From the NCBI GenBank assembly GCA_028534125.1, contig CM052821.1, positions 55,304,001 through 55,368,000 of the forward strand: DNA of 64,000 nucleotides, given 5' to 3'. The stretch is from Lama glama. Taxonomy: Eukaryota. Both the position numbers and the translations under genes were made by a program. Shown one piece after another: positions 22,311 through 36,100 of the stretch; position 1 is the stretch's first letter, and each line of letters opens with the position of its first letter. The notes below the pieces were generated by a model. That model was not told the origin of the DNA and ran no database searches. It was given only the letters and a program-made list of their open reading frames with translations.

Positions 22311-23419
22311 AAGCCCTGGGACCCTCCTGAATGTCAGAGTCTGCCTAAGAGTCCAAGCGACGGCTGGACCCGCATCCACACCCCTCCTGCCCAGGTCCCT
22401 GCTCACCCCTCTGGGTGCTCCTGGATGCAGGTGCCCCCCGGCCCCCATATAGCATGAGGCTCCCAGTCCTGGCCAGGAGGCAGGGGACCGCAGGCGCTCA
22501 CGTCACGCCTGGGCTCACGCCTTTCCTCACCCTGGAATGACCTGCCAGTACCTTCTGCTGGTCCGGAGTCCCCAGCCCCACCCTCCCTCCCCGCTCCCCT
22601 CTGCGGCCATCCCCGCGGTTCTCAAACACTTTGTCTCCCTGCCCAGGGCTGGTTGTAAGAACTCCTGTGGAATCAGTGACAGGGCACACCCTGCTCACTT
22701 CTGGAAGAAGGGTCCCTTCTCGAGGAGGCTGTGCTTGGCGTCCAGTGACAACCCTCCCAGCAAGGCAGCCCCACCCGTCTCTGGGCGTCTCTCGCGGGTC
22801 TCTGGGCTGCCCTGGGGGACACCGAGCACGTTCCCCCCGACAGCCCTCAAGCTCTTTCCAGCAGGAGACAGGGAGACTGCTCATGCAGCCACGTCACGTG
22901 GGACCGCTGCAACATTCTGGAAACATGGTGGGCAGGCTCGGGCTCGGCCAGGCCACCGAACTTCCTTCCCCACCTGTACAGCCTGGATGACAAGACCCGC
23001 ATTCTGTGACAGGCTCGTGGGTTAGCCCAGATGACAAGCGCAAAGTGTCACCAAGCCTCACCATCAGCACGTGACACCCAGTGGCACCTTCTTCCTCCAA
23101 GAGAACGTTTTCTCCCAGTCCCAGAAGGGCCCTCCCATCACCCCTAAAAACAAGGGCTCAGAGCCTCCACTTCATAGCTCTGGGGTCAGTTTGAGTTTAT
23201 AACTTGATGCAATTTTATGCTTCTCTATAATATTGGAAATAGGTAGTTGTAAAAACGTTGAGAATTTAATTAAATCACCCTTGATGTCTTTTAGTAGGAA
23301 AATAACAACTACACAGTTTATTCCAAATCTTCCATTTTTAATAAGAACAATGATTTATCCATTCGACTGAGGACACTGGGCTGAAAGGCAGGACATAGAG
23401 TTTCTGGTAGCATGAATTC

Positions 23420-23525
23420 AGCCAGGTAGCCAAGCTGTGCGACTCCAAGAAGTCTCATTCACCCTGGTGGTCCCCCTTGGAGTCGTGCAGTGCACAGCCT
23501 GCACAACTGTACGTGGCAACCCCAG
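23420..23525. mobile_element. MER91-like hAT MITE relic
   Basis: cccccttggagtcgtgcagtgcacagcctgcacaactgtacgtggcaaccc resembles the MER91 terminal arm; partial inverted match gcgactccaag upstream. Confidence 0.55.
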
Positions 23526-24734
23526 CTGAGCCTTCTGCTCCCCCTTGGCCAACCATGTGACCTGGACAAGGCCCATTACTATACCTCAGTTTTTCTGGCT
23601 ACAAGATAAGGATTTAATATTAGAATATCAATGTTCACCGTGTTACAGGGACTTTGAGGCTCACATCAACATAAAACACAGTCTCCCCTCGAATCCTTCT
23701 TAGGTAAATCCAAGGGAGAAGGCTTTTACCACGCCACCTGATATGGTAGTCCACAGAAAATCCTTTTCATTTTCTTTTACGTCAGTCGATGAGATCACAA
23801 AGTCGGCTAAGCTATATCCTTAAAGACTTCACCTTCAGTTAAGCAACAGTTAGATAAGTATAAGAAATAATCTGTTTTCTTGCTCTGTAATAGCAGCCCG
23901 TGTTACAGAACACGTACAAGTGCCTATTACGAGATGCTTAACTATTAGGTGCGATCCTGGGGAAAGAACCGTCCCCTAGCTGTGCGAGCCCCGTGTTATC
24001 TTTACAAGTTATAATTTACATTTTTGGGGATGGGTGTGAGACTTCCAGAGGGAGGACGAAAACAGCACTTATGTTTGGGAAGCTCTAATGAGATGCAGCT
24101 GCTGTTTACAGAACTGCAATTGTTGTAAATAGCTGCTCATCACCCACGGCCCAGCGCCACGGGATTCAAGCAGAAGCAGCGGGAGGAAGAAAACTGGAGG
24201 CGAAAGGCAAGAGTCAGCGTCCATGCTTAGAGCAGCACTTGCTGACGTGAGCCAGCCCCCTGGTGAGACAGAGTTCAGAGTCTGGCGTTAGCTAATTAAA
24301 GCAGCGAGCGTGACTTTCAGGAAGACAAGCATCACCCAGCACCTGCTTCTTGGTTCCTACTCCCAGACCCACCAGCCACTGGGTCCAAAGAGACGGACGG
24401 CCCTTTGGCCTTCAGAACCAAGCATCCTCAGAGTAAGAACTGAAAGCACGAGCAGGAGGGACGCACAGTGCGGTATCAGGGAGAAGCCACGCATCTGAGG
24501 GCCGGCTCCCAGCTCCACAGCATCCAGATGCCCCCACCCCTGCTCACACCACCCCAGAACCAGCAGAACCCTGGCCAGTCTGCCCCACACACATGCCAAC
24601 TATCCACGTACAGTCAGTGTCACCAACAGAACATAAAAGCACAGAAAGCAGCCATGGGCAACAGGAAACAATGCTGCAGGTGACTCAGGATACAGGGATG
24701 GGGGGTCCTCAGAGGGTTCAGCAGAGACACCACC

Positions 24735-25288
24735 TGACCTACAACCCTACCTGCTCCCAGGTATAGACCCAAGAGAACCGAACACAGGGACTCAGGCAAA
24801 AACTTGTTCACAAATGCTCATAGTAGCACTGTTCACAATAGCTGAAAGGCAAAATACCCCCNNNNNNNNNNNNNNNNNNNNNNNNNNNNNNNNNNNNNNN
24901 NNNNNNNNNNNNNNNNNNNNNNNNNNNNNNNNNNNNNNNNNNNNNNNNNNNNNNNNNNNNNNNNNNNNNNNNNNNNNNNNNNNNNNNNNNGCCCAGGGAA
25001 AGACGCCTGTCACAAAACGTCACATGTTGTACAACCCAATTTGCAGAAAATGTCCAGAACAAGCAAATTCATAGACAGAAAGTAGATTAGTGATTTCCGG
25101 GAGCTGAGGTGGCAGGGGAATTGGGAGTGACTGCAAGAGGTTCCATTTAGGGTGATGAAAATATTTCAGAGCTAGAGAGACGTGGTGTTTGTGCAACATG
25201 GGGAATGCACTCAATGCCACTGAACCGTTCACTTTAAATGGTTATATTTTATGTTATGTGAATTTCACCTCAATAAGAAAAAAAAATT
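24735..25288 (+). mobile_element. Old L1M 3' end (L1MB-like), interrupted by an assembly gap
   Basis: aaatgctcatagtagcactgttcacaatagc...tccagaacaagcaaattcatagacagaaagtagattagtg...tatgtgaatttcacctcaataag plus A tail. Confidence 0.8.
24862..24990. other. Assembly gap (129 N)
   Basis: Run of n characters. Confidence 0.99.
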
Positions 25289-26895
25289 AGACAGGCATCC
25301 ACCATTCCTAACGCCCCCTGGCCACTCTCTACCTGGATAATTTGAGAAGCTCCTCCCCTCTTTTTATCTGTGAAACGGGGATAAAATGCATTCTGGAGGC
25401 TTCTGGTCAAGACTGTCACAAGTACGCTCTCCATCAGGGTCGGGGCTGTGCAAGGCAGGGACACAGGCAGCCAAACTCAGGCGGGGAGGGGACCAGAGAC
25501 GCCAGCAGGTGCCTTTGATTTGGGCTCAGTTCATCAGTTTTCATCCAGGAAAGACAATCATGGCTAGAAGGCCAGGAGGGAAGGGAACCTGGAGAATCAG
25601 GAGGCGGAGGCAGGGCCCGGCTCCGTCCGCAGGTCCACCTCTTATATGTGCCAGAGGGAAAGTGGTGCTGGCGCTTTATCCAGCGCCCTGAGGAAGAGCT
25701 CTGGCTGTGCTGGCCCCGGGGGTGCGGAACGAAGCATAAAGACCGAGACAAAACTGCTCCTTCGTATTTCTGAGATGACATTGCCACACATTTGCACGAA
25801 GGAAAAAGGCAGCCTGGGGAATATAGGTGCCACACGGCAGTGGACGGTATCGGTCAATTCTTGGATTAGTGGGGTGCCAGGCACAGGCAGGGAGAAGGTC
25901 GGAGTCCCTGCACCGTCCTTCCTGGGGCTCGGCTACGTCTGGTGGGGCAGCCGTCCTGACCGAGGACCCCTGTCCCCACTGACCCCGAGCCCTGCCCTGT
26001 AGTAGCCAGGCCCAGACACCCAGGGGCCGAGAAAGCCAGCACGAGGTACGTGAACTGGAGACACAAACCAGCTGGCAGGGCCTGCCGGTGGTGCCGTCTG
26101 CACCCCTAAGTGTGCACAGGCCGCTATGGGGCAGGTGGAATCGGGGCCAGTGAGGACAGCCACCACCTGAGAAAAGTCCCAGAGGCCCGCGTGTGCTTCG
26201 GGGGGACGGAAAGCAACAAGTTTGCGAATCTGTGCAGATGTGAGTTTCTGGGGTCCATCAAGTCGTCACTCGGGGTCCGTCCCTTTCTGTTTCCCTTTGG
26301 CTTCTGTCTTCTCCCCGCACAGGCCCCACCCTGGTGTTTCCATTTAGAGGCTCCGAGCAGCCCGAGGTGCTGGGGGGGGGTGTCTGTGAGCACAAAGGCC
26401 TTCGGTTCTTACGAAGCGCTCACGTTTCTGCAGCCTTTAACCCGCTGCGGACAAGTCCTCGTCAGGAAGGCTGATGGGAGTTCGATTTCAAATGCTGGAC
26501 GCGGGAGGAGGCGCGGAGGGGGGCGCCTGGAAACCGGACACCAGGAGGGGCAAGTCCTGGGAAAGAAATGGATTCCCACCCTGTGTCAGAAATGATTAAC
26601 TGTCTTGCTATCAAAGAATTCACAGATGGCTGGACTTCAGGAATGTCACAAAGAGTCAAAATGCAGCCTTGAACGTGCACTAGGAGGCCCAGACCCGACG
26701 GGTGGACTTGCTGAAAGCAGCCCCCCAGGTGGCAGCCACACCCAGAACTGTGGGCGGGCAGGGCCCCGCCTGTCCTGGCACCGAGGCGGCGAGACCCCCT
26801 CAGAAGCAGGACCGGTGTTTCTCGGAAGCAAACCGGCAGACCGTGTCAAGAGGAGGAAACATCCAGACACACGTGCTTCCATGATGCAAACCAAT

Positions 26896-26934
26896 CCCCG
26901 AGGAGCCCCCGAGGAGCCCCCGAGGAGCCCCCGA
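26896..26934. repeat. 11-bp tandem repeat x3.5 (ccccgaggagc)
   Basis: Directly visible in sequence. Confidence 0.9.
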
Positions 26935-29900
26935 CAGGACTTTGCAGGAACACAGACACCAGACAAGGGGGCGGCCTCCACGGAGGCCTGGCTCGGGCCT
27001 GGGAGGGGCGCGCACACCTGTAGGCAGGTAACAGGAGGTTCTAGTGGAGATGCTCTGAGTCTCAGCCTCCCCGCCTGTAACACGCAGGTGTGCAGCCCCT
27101 CCTGCCCTCCAGGCAGGCCGCGGCCCTCCCGGACCTCCCAGACCCCGGCTCTCTGGTCAGGCCGCCACACAGGTGCTCTGGGCTCCGTGATGCAGATGTA
27201 AGTCCAGGTCTCTCATAGGAAAGGGGTTCACCACCAGCACCACACAGGTGAGGAATGTAGGAAAGACAGGTTATGGGACGCAGCATCTCTACACCGACAC
27301 CCCACCCACTTGCCCACACCTCACCCCTTCTGATGGTTCTCAAGGTACTTAGACTGAAGGCCAGTGTCTGCAGCAAGGACCCCATCTGCCCACTCACAAG
27401 GAATGCCAGGCCCTGGGACCGGGCTGAGCCACGTCGGGGCCCAAGGAACGCACGCCATCAAGGTCGGGTTCACCTGCAGCCTGGAGCTGTCAGGCAGGCG
27501 GTAAGAGTGACACTGCTGAGGCCGGCCCCCCCGGGGCTGTGAAGCAGCCAGGCATCCTCGGAACTCAGCAGGGACATGCGGTCTCCATGCAGACAAAAAT
27601 GGCCTGTCCAACGGAACCAGGCTGCCCCTCAATGCAGATCCGTAGAGGCCCGGGGCCCGAAGGCCACTGATCCCCTCATCTGCATTTTGATGGGAGTTGC
27701 GGCCTTTTCAGCAGCAGCAAGAAGTCACTCTGCCTTCTTCAGTCAACAGGATGCCGGGAGAAGCCCAGAGTCCCCCAAATGAGGCTGTAAACATACTGAC
27801 TCCCAGAGTTTAACATTAAGACTTAAGCTCAGGCCTTCTTGATCTTTTTCCTTTAAGACATCAGATACCAACACTCTGGGAAGGACACAGCATCCCCTTG
27901 GGGTGTGGAGAGCAAACTGCTGCAGGGAAGCCTGACCAGGCCACCAGGCGGGCCACTTACCCGCCACCAGGCAGGGCGGATGGCTCTGGCTGAGGGGCAG
28001 GTGCCCTGACTCCCTCGCCTGCCAGGGGCCTGGGGCTGGGGATGCACCGCTGAGCTGCGCAGCCCTCCTGGAGAGAGGCTAAGTTCAAAGCTCCCACTTC
28101 TAGGGTCATTTGGAAGCACGAGCCTGAGCCCCTTGGCAGAGGGACAGGGGACAGCAGCATCCACAACCTCCAACGAGCATCACCTCCCAAAGGCCAAGAG
28201 GTCACGTCCTGACCCCACTCAGGAGAATCCCCTGACCTCCCCCACGCCAGGCTCAGCTGTAACACGAGGTAGAAGCAGCGCCTCCACCGTGGGACGAAAT
28301 GCACGCATTTCAACGCCTGCTGCTGCCAGGTGTTGCTAAGAAAGACAGAAAAGCCAAAATGTGCACAGTGGCTCTTCTTCCTGCATTTCTGCTGTTCTCA
28401 TACTTTCCTACATAAAAATATACAGTTTCTTTTTACATCTTTAAAGAAAAAAAGAGCAGTTAGCAGCCCGAGTCACCGACGCCGAAGGCCCTTGCCAGGG
28501 CTCGGACACAGAGCGACCTGCAGCCCGGGAGCCTCTGTTTGTTCAGTTACCCGAGAAAACTCTGGGCTCTGCTAACAGGCTCTTTATTTTCAGAGAGTTA
28601 AAAAGAAAAGACTTTTAACAAGAGTCAGAACCAACTGGTCACCTTAAAAAAAAAATCATAGCCAAGCCTTCTGCTTCTCAGGCAAGACGGTCAGTCCAGC
28701 TCCTGACAGCTCTGGCCACAGGTCAGAGGAGCTGCGTGCTTTCCTGCTCAGAAATGGCAGCCCCTCGGGCTGCGAGGTGGAGGTGGACGGAGGGGCGCTT
28801 GTGCGCTTGGCGCTGTGTGCAGATGAGCATCTCCCGGCGGCCCCGGTGGCCTCCGTGGGGCTGACTTTTGTTCTGGAAAAGACCCGTGGGCCACGGCGCC
28901 AGCCCCTCACTGGGCCCAGCCCTCACCAGACAAAGGCTCCCGGTCCGTGTGAGGGAGCCAGGAGCCAGGAGCCTCCCAGCTGCTGTCCCCACAGCGCCCG
29001 GCCATTGGGGCCAGGCCCCTGTCCACAGCCCCCCAACCGGGCAGCCCCCCAGGTTCACTGGGAACTGGGGGCTTCATGCAGATTTGCCTGCAGGAGGTTT
29101 CTTCTCCGGCGACAAATGAACAGCTCAAAACTGGGGGTCTTAACGTTTAAAGAGCACCCTCTTGGAAAGCTGGGGTAACACGTTCCTTCTCTTGGGGGCT
29201 CTGTGGACAAGAAGCCGCTCAGCACAAGCTGGGGGACCCCCCCAGCATCCCATGAGAAGCCCCTGCTCCTGTGCACGTGGGGGCTACGGGTCTGACCTAC
29301 GGCTGCTCCTGGCTGGACCAGAGACGGGGCGGGCGCCCTGAGCAGTCGTCCCCTTGGGTCTGCGTGGCACGGGGACCGGCGCCTCGGAGGGGCTCCTGGG
29401 CCGCAGAGACGGACTCTCTGGGCTCAGCCCACACAGTCCCAGGACAGAGAGGACAGAACGCTTTGGGCAGTGACAAAGTCACTCTGGGCGTCGAGGGTTC
29501 GCAGGTCACAGGTCATCTTTTCAGAAAGACTCCTCAGATGGACGGACAAAGACTTTCAAGAAACATGCACACTTACACAGTCAAGCACTCCCTCATTGTG
29601 CGGACACACGTGCACACACACTCCTGCAAAGCCCCAGCTGCTCCTACTGGGACCCTAACAGGCTCCTTTCTGTCCCCAGAGTCTGGACGGCGGCAGAGAG
29701 ACCCCCAGACACTCAGCTTCTCCCTTTAGACCGCCAGGCCTCCCACGCACCTCGACCCTCTTCTGCCACCAGACAGGGAGTCACCGTGAAGCCAGTGGCG
29801 CCTGCGCCCGCAGGCGACTTTCCATGACAGGCACAGCACACAGGACATAGGGTGGGGCTGCATCCCGGGGACGGACTGTTTCCACAGCAGGTGACTCTGC

Positions 29901-30529
29901 CGTCTGATGAGGCCGTGTGTGCAAAGGAAGCAGGCGGCTGTCCCAGCTCCCTGGGCTGCCAGCAGGCAGTGATCCACCCTTGGGGGACCCTTGCCCGGCT
30001 CCACGGAGGACACTCAGCAGGCCCTCCTCAGCCTGGCTCGGTTCCAAGGGAGGTGGACATCACCCTCAGATGGACGGCTAAACCGAACGCCGTCGACTAT
30101 GACGTTGGATGTGGACCGACTGCCCACGGGGTCAGACCTAGCAGAGGCCATTCCCGTCCCGAGAAACTGGCTGAATGAGCAGGAACCTCAGCTGGAGAGA
30201 AACCAAACGCCTCGCACCCCAGACTGTAGACCCGAGTGGTGAGCCCACCCGGTAGGAAATGAGTGCGGCGCGGGGACCCAGGGACTCGTCTCCAACAGGT
30301 GTCCACTCTGCCGCTCTGGTCAGCTGGAGAAGCAAGGCTGAGACCCCAGAGCGGACGGGGGGCGGCATCGAGCCTGCCTGGCTGTCTCCACCAGAAAGTT
30401 CAGTGTTCTTGGCAAACACTGACCAACCCTTTAAAAAAGCTTGGCTTCCTTATCTTGTACATTTTTAAAAATCAAAACAAAAATGGTTTATAATCCCATC
30501 ACCCAGATGACCCCTGCTGTATTCTTTAA

Positions 30530-31126
30530 CAAAACCCAGAGGAAACTCTAACCTGAAAAGACACCCGGACCCCAGTGTTCACAGCAGCACTATATGCAAC
30601 AGCTAAGACACGGAAGCAACCTAAGTGTCCATCGACAGATGACTGGATAAAGAAGTTGTGGTATGTATACAATGGAATACTACTCAGCGATAAAAAGAAA
30701 AACATAATGCCATTTGCAGCAACATGGATGGGCCTGGAGATCATCATTCTAAGTGAAGTAGGTCAGAGAGAGGAAGAAAAATACCGTATATCACTCATGT
30801 ATGGAATCTGGAAAAAAGGACACAAATGAACTTATTTACAAAACAGAAACAGACTCACAGACAGAGAAAACAAACTTATGGTCACCAGGAGGGAAAGGAG
30901 GTGGGGAGGGATAAACTGGGAGTTTGGGATGAGCAGATACTAACTACTGTATATAAAACAGATAAACAACAAGGTCCTACTGTGCAGCACAGGGACCACA
31001 TTCAATATCCTGTACTAGCCCATAATGAAAAGGAATATATGTACGTATGGATAACTGAATCGCTAGCTGCACACCAGAAACTAAGACAACACTGTAAATC
31101 AACTCCACTCCAATTTAAAAAAAAAA
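30530..31126 (+). mobile_element. 5'-truncated, relatively young L1 (ORF2 C-terminus, 3' UTR, poly-A)
   Basis: ORF 30575-30829 MFTAALYATAKTRKQPKCPSTDDWIKKLWY...MPFAATWMGLEIIILSEV is L1 ORF2 C-terminus; A tail at about 31117-31126. Confidence 0.92.
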
Positions 31127-31442
31127 GGCGAGACACCTAAAACATTGCACAAAGGTATAAAATGAACACAAAAGCCACCTCCTTTCTCATCAGCCTTATT
31201 CCCGAAGGCACCCACCGTGCAGCAGACTGGCTGTAAAAAGAGCTGTAGTGATGCCTCCTGTCACCCACTCACAAGGAATGATAACTCTCTGAGGTTTTAA
31301 GACACCACACTTTGGATGGATCACGACCCAGCAAAGGTATCTGATACACGCTGTTGACGGATCTGTTTTCAGGGGAGGAGGGTGTCCTTCAGAAAAAGAG
31401 AATTGCACATGCCAGCACATATCTGTGTATCTTCCAAAGTTC

Positions 31443-31546
31443 TTTTTTTTTAATTTACTTATTTGTTTAAATAGAGGTACTGGGGACTGAACCCAGGACC
31501 TCGTGCATGTGAGGCACGCACTCCACCACTGAGCTCTACCCTCCCC
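31443..31546 (-). mobile_element. tRNA-Ala-derived SINE
   Basis: gaggtactggggactgaacccaggacctcgtgcatg...ccactgagctctaccctcccc; aagttctttt on both flanks. Confidence 0.85.
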
Positions 31547-31564
31547 TTCTTTTGAAGTTCTTTT

Positions 31565-32600
31565 AATTAAGTTTTTTGAATTAATTTTAGATGCACAGGC
31601 AATTGTGAAAAATAACAGATCCGGTGTGCCCTTTACCCAGTTCCCACCAGTAGCAAACATCCTGCAGAGTGGTGGCATAACACAACAGCCCAGATGTGGA
31701 CCTGATACAGTCAGGGCACGGAATGTTCCATCACCCCTTGGACGGCACCTGCTGCCCGCTCACAGCCACACCCCACCCCCCAATCCCAGGGGACCACTCA
31801 TCTGTTCTCCAGTCCTGTCCCCGTACAACCTTACACAAGAGGACCCGCACACGACACGAGCCCATGAGGCTGGCTTTATTTCGTACAGACATCAGTAGTT
31901 CATGCCTTCTCATTACTGAATAGTCTTCCGAGTTCCATGGGGAGGGTGTGTCCAGTCTGCTCCGCCATCGCCCGCAGGGGGCTTCTGGGAGGTTTCCAGC
32001 TTGGGAACATTAGGGGGAAAGCTGCTGGGAACCTTTGTGAACAGGGGTCGTGTGGACATGAGCTGTATCTACATTCATGAGGGATGCTGGCCTAGAGCCT
32101 TCTTTCTGGGTGCTGTCTTCATCTGGTTCTGGCATTAGGGCAATACAACTCCATAAAGTCAACTGGGAAGTGTTCCTGCCTCTTCTTTTCCCTGAAAGAG
32201 ACGGTACAGAGTTGCTGTAATTCTTTCAACATTTGGTAGGATTCTCCAGTAAAGCCACCTGCGCCTGGAGATTTCACTTTGGGGCGTTTTCAAAACACAA
32301 ATTCAATTTTTCTCAACAGTAACACAGTTATTCAAGTCATTTATTTTGTATTGGTCAAGTGGTGGCAGCTTGTGTTTTCTGAGGACTTGAGAATTTATCC
32401 CTCATACCGGCAGTCTGAGTCTTCTCTGGGTTTTTGATGTGGGGGGGTTTGTTTTTGTTTTTGGTCAGTCTTGCTCGAAGTCTGCCAATGTTAATTGATC
32501 TTTCCAGAGCTCTTTGTTTTATTGAGTCTCTCTGTTTCCTGTTTTCAGTGTCGCTGGATTCTGCTCTTATCTTTCTTCTTTCGTTCCGTCTACTTCCACC
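31565..32600 (-). mobile_element. Old L1M fragments (3' end plus internal pieces)
   Basis: aattttagatgcacaggcaattgtg...ccctttacccagtt and later tggtaggattctccagtaaagccacctg; T-rich on + strand; boundaries approximate. Confidence 0.7.
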
Positions 32601-33099
32601 AAGACCAGCCCGAGTTCCCAGTGGGAAGAACTCATTTCAGAATGATCTACACAGACCCGTCCGTCAGGAGCAGTCACTCTTTCGCAAGCTGGGGGTGGAA
32701 ATGTTTACCTGTCTTGCACAACAGGCTCGGGGGAAAAAGCACACCTACGACAAACTGATGACCACAAACCCTCCAAATCCGCCCCGAAAGCCCACAGGTA
32801 GGCGCAGGCGGAGGGGCTCCGTGTCCCATCCGTGCTTTGCAGAGTGCAAGGTGTCCATGCAAAGGCTCCACCTTTAACATACCTCCCCAGGCCAACGCCC
32901 AGCTCCGGCAGGCGCCCCAGCTTCCCTGAAGGTAAGTGAAGCCACCAGACCGTCCCACTTAAAACGTCACCAAGCAGGAAGAAACAGTGACCTGACTTTG
33001 CCTGCCTCTCTGCCTGCAGGGTCGACCCACAGGGACCCTCCCAAGAGGTGCTGGCCTCTGGTCTCTGGCTGGCTGGGGCCCGTGGGAGCCCAGGAGGGG

Positions 33100-33149
33100 A
33101 GCGGAGGGAGGGCGAGAAGCGGAGGGAGGGCGAGAAGCAGCGGGAGGGC
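33100..33149. repeat. 18-bp tandem repeat x2.7 (agcggagggagggcgaga)
   Basis: Two exact copies plus a degenerate third. Confidence 0.85.
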
Positions 33150-36100
33150 TCTGCAGACGGTCACTTCTCTGCACAGGTGGCTTCTCTCCAAGACCCCTTC
33201 TGTCTGAGTTCCATTCTGCCCTCTCCCCTGGTTCCTCTTGGCCTGAGGGCTGTCATAGCTCCTCTGCAGCCCCGGGTCCTGCACTGACCAGCATGGACGC
33301 CCCACGCCCTGCCCCTCTTTGGTGATAAGCCCCCCGGGACCATCCCAGTGAGGTTTCCACCTGTCTCCTGGTGGGAAGGGAGTGCTTGACTGGTGAAACA
33401 GCCCACACAGGGTCCCGGGCCCTGGGAGAATTGGGGAGGGTCCAAGGGGCCCCAGAGGTCTCCCACGCAGGACCCACTTAAGGACCAGCCACGACACGGA
33501 TGACAAAACAGACGCCTGCTGAGTGACTGGCCCCTCGCAGACTGCTGTCAGAGCCGCCCTCCCCACCAGCCTCCAGCTGCATCCCGACTTGGGCCCGGTG
33601 GCCCTCCCGCCCCTCCAAACGTGCTCGCTACCTACCGGCTGAGCCCTGCCCGGCCCCCGGCGCAGGGAGAACAACTCAGTGTCTGGACAAGGGGGCCAGG
33701 GACACAAAGCTCCCAGGAGACAGATGTCCGTAATCCCCGTGAGCCCTTCCCATTGTGTGACACGCACGGAGGCCTCAGGAGAGCTGTGCAAACTGCTTGG
33801 TTTCCTCCATCAGACAGCCTCGGGCAAGAGAGGAAGCAGCTGAGCTGGCAGGAGAGGAAGGCCTAATCCGTGCGGAGGGCCTGGCTCAGGTGCTGCCGGG
33901 AGGCCGGCCTGGAGCAGAGCGGTGGGGGCAGGGGTGCTCGTCCTCTCCCGTGGGCTCCTCCTTCCCCAGGGGCCGTCCCAGGGCCCTGCAGTGGCGGGCT
34001 CACTCCTCGGTGCTCCCTGGAGGGTCTCTGTGAGCAGGCAGGGCCTTGAGAGACTCCCAGTGTGCAGAGCGGTGGTCAAGGAGGCTGCCCCAGGACCTGG
34101 GCAGGGCCGGCCGAGCTGTGACTGTTCCGTGACACGCTGTTGCTTCAGCCATCGGCGGGTGACTCTGAAACACGCTATGTGCAGGTGCCCTGGCGGGGCA
34201 GCCAAGGCTGATTCAGCCCCGAAGCCGAGTCTTCAGCCGGCCCTGGGAGATGCGTCTCCCACTCAAGCAGGAAGGAAAACGCACCCGGGCACGGCCTTTG
34301 ATTCCCTGACACGGAGCGTGGGCTCCCCCAGCCCATCCCGACTGGCTTGCATCCTGCCGGGCACTCAGCCCTCAGGAAGCACTTACCACCGGGGCCCACC
34401 GACCCCAGGAGGAGATCTGAGGCTGAGAGCTCAGAGGTGTGCGAAGGCCAGACTTCAGGGCACAGCGTCCCTGCCCCAGAGCAGCAGGCAAGCAAGAGCG
34501 TCCACGCTGACCCTCACTTTTCCTTCTTCCTACTCAAGAGCGTGTGCAATGTCCCAACAAAAGCCCGAATGTGTCTGAGCCAGAAAACCACTGACCCCTG
34601 TCCCCATCCTTGGACCAGGAGGGGCCAGCTCTGCTGACAGCATGCGTCCTCGTCGGCCCTGCTCAGACTCGGGAAAGCCGCCCAGCAATGTGGACAGAGA
34701 AATCCGGGGCCTGCGCACTGTCCTGCCCGCCGGCTGGAGCAGGTTCGAGGCCTTGATTGATCTCAGATACAACAGACCCTGTGCTCAGAGGGATGGTGCC
34801 CGGGGCCATGGGGACACAGAAGTGCACAGAGCGCAGATCTGGCCTCGGGCTCCTGACCCTGCAGGACGCTGGGTCCCAGCCTTCCCTCCTGTGCCCAGGA
34901 GACAGCTGCTGTCCCTCGCCTGCTCCTTTGTGAGAGAACGCTTTCAGGGGAGACCGTCCCCAGGGGAGAGAAGGGGCAGAAATGACCTGACCTAGAGTGC
35001 AGGTTGTAGGGGGCAGAAGAACTCACTTGGGGGAGCCCCAGGTGGGAGAGGCCCACAGGTATCTACGGGGGAAAATGTGCCCTGTGGGCTAAGACACTGG
35101 GAGGAAAACCCCACGCCGTGCCCATCCGCCCTCGAGGCCCCGGAAGTCAGCAGGAGGGGAGGCTCTGAGGGTGCGACCCCACTGCAGCCTCACACAGCAG
35201 CCACGCGAGGCTGCTCCCAGGTGGCCAGCAGGTGGTGAGCGCACCTCTCACTGGCTAATAATCGTCCCGAACAGCCACAGGAGCATCGCGTCAGCAGAAG
35301 ACTCTGGGGTTTGCGACAGGACAGCCGGGAAGTTGCAAGCGTGTCCCTGGAGGCGCCCTGTCTCCCTCCAGCCCCCACTGCACCCCCCGCATCAAGCAGC
35401 CAAGCACTGATGAGATCACGCCCCGGGAGGGTAACAGAGCAAGGGCGGCGGGGCTGCCAGGGGGCTGCGCCACCCAGGCCCCGTCCCAGGCACCCGTGAA
35501 CATCCTCTGCTTGGTCCTCCAAGTCCCAAGAAGAGCGCCGGGCCCCATGTCGCTTCAGATCTGCACCCTGACCCCATCAGAACCTTCCTTTGCCCTCATC
35601 ACAAATATGGCGCAGACTCAGAACCTGCCTGGCTTCTGTCCTAGATGATGGGGGGGCAGCTCTCACCCACAGGCCGGGGACAAAAACTGTGGTCATCATG
35701 CAGGGTGATCGCTGCTTGTGGCCTATTTAGGGCAACTGGGAAATGAGCCGTCCAGGGCAGGCCAGACGTAAAGGAGGCAGAGGGCTGGGTGGTGCCAGAC
35801 CAGGGGAAGGAGGGGGAGGGGAGGGGCCTCGATGACAGACACCTCAGGCCCAAGGGCAGGAGGCCCTCGCTAACCACTGCTGTGTCAATACCCTGAAAGG
35901 CAGCAGACGTGAAGGACACAAAGCACTCTTCCTCCGTGGGCGCATTTCTCACTGAGGGAGGGCCCCTTACCTGCCAGCCAAGCCCAGGCTGAGCCCTGCG
36001 GCCTTGGGGGGCGGGGGTGGGGTCTGCGGCCAAGCTCAGCAAGCGGGAGGCGCCTGGGAGCTTCCCAGGAAGGCGAGTGGTTTGCTAAAACCACAGCAGT

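Noticed and set aside
24862-24990. Hidden exon or element inside the N gap
   Set aside because: Both flanks continue the same L1 3' sequence, and exon 5 joins exon 6 in phase without it.
35223-35240. CTCF-like CCAGCAGGTGGTG (similar near 40885)
   Set aside because: Mismatch in the GGCR core; near-matches are common at this GC content.
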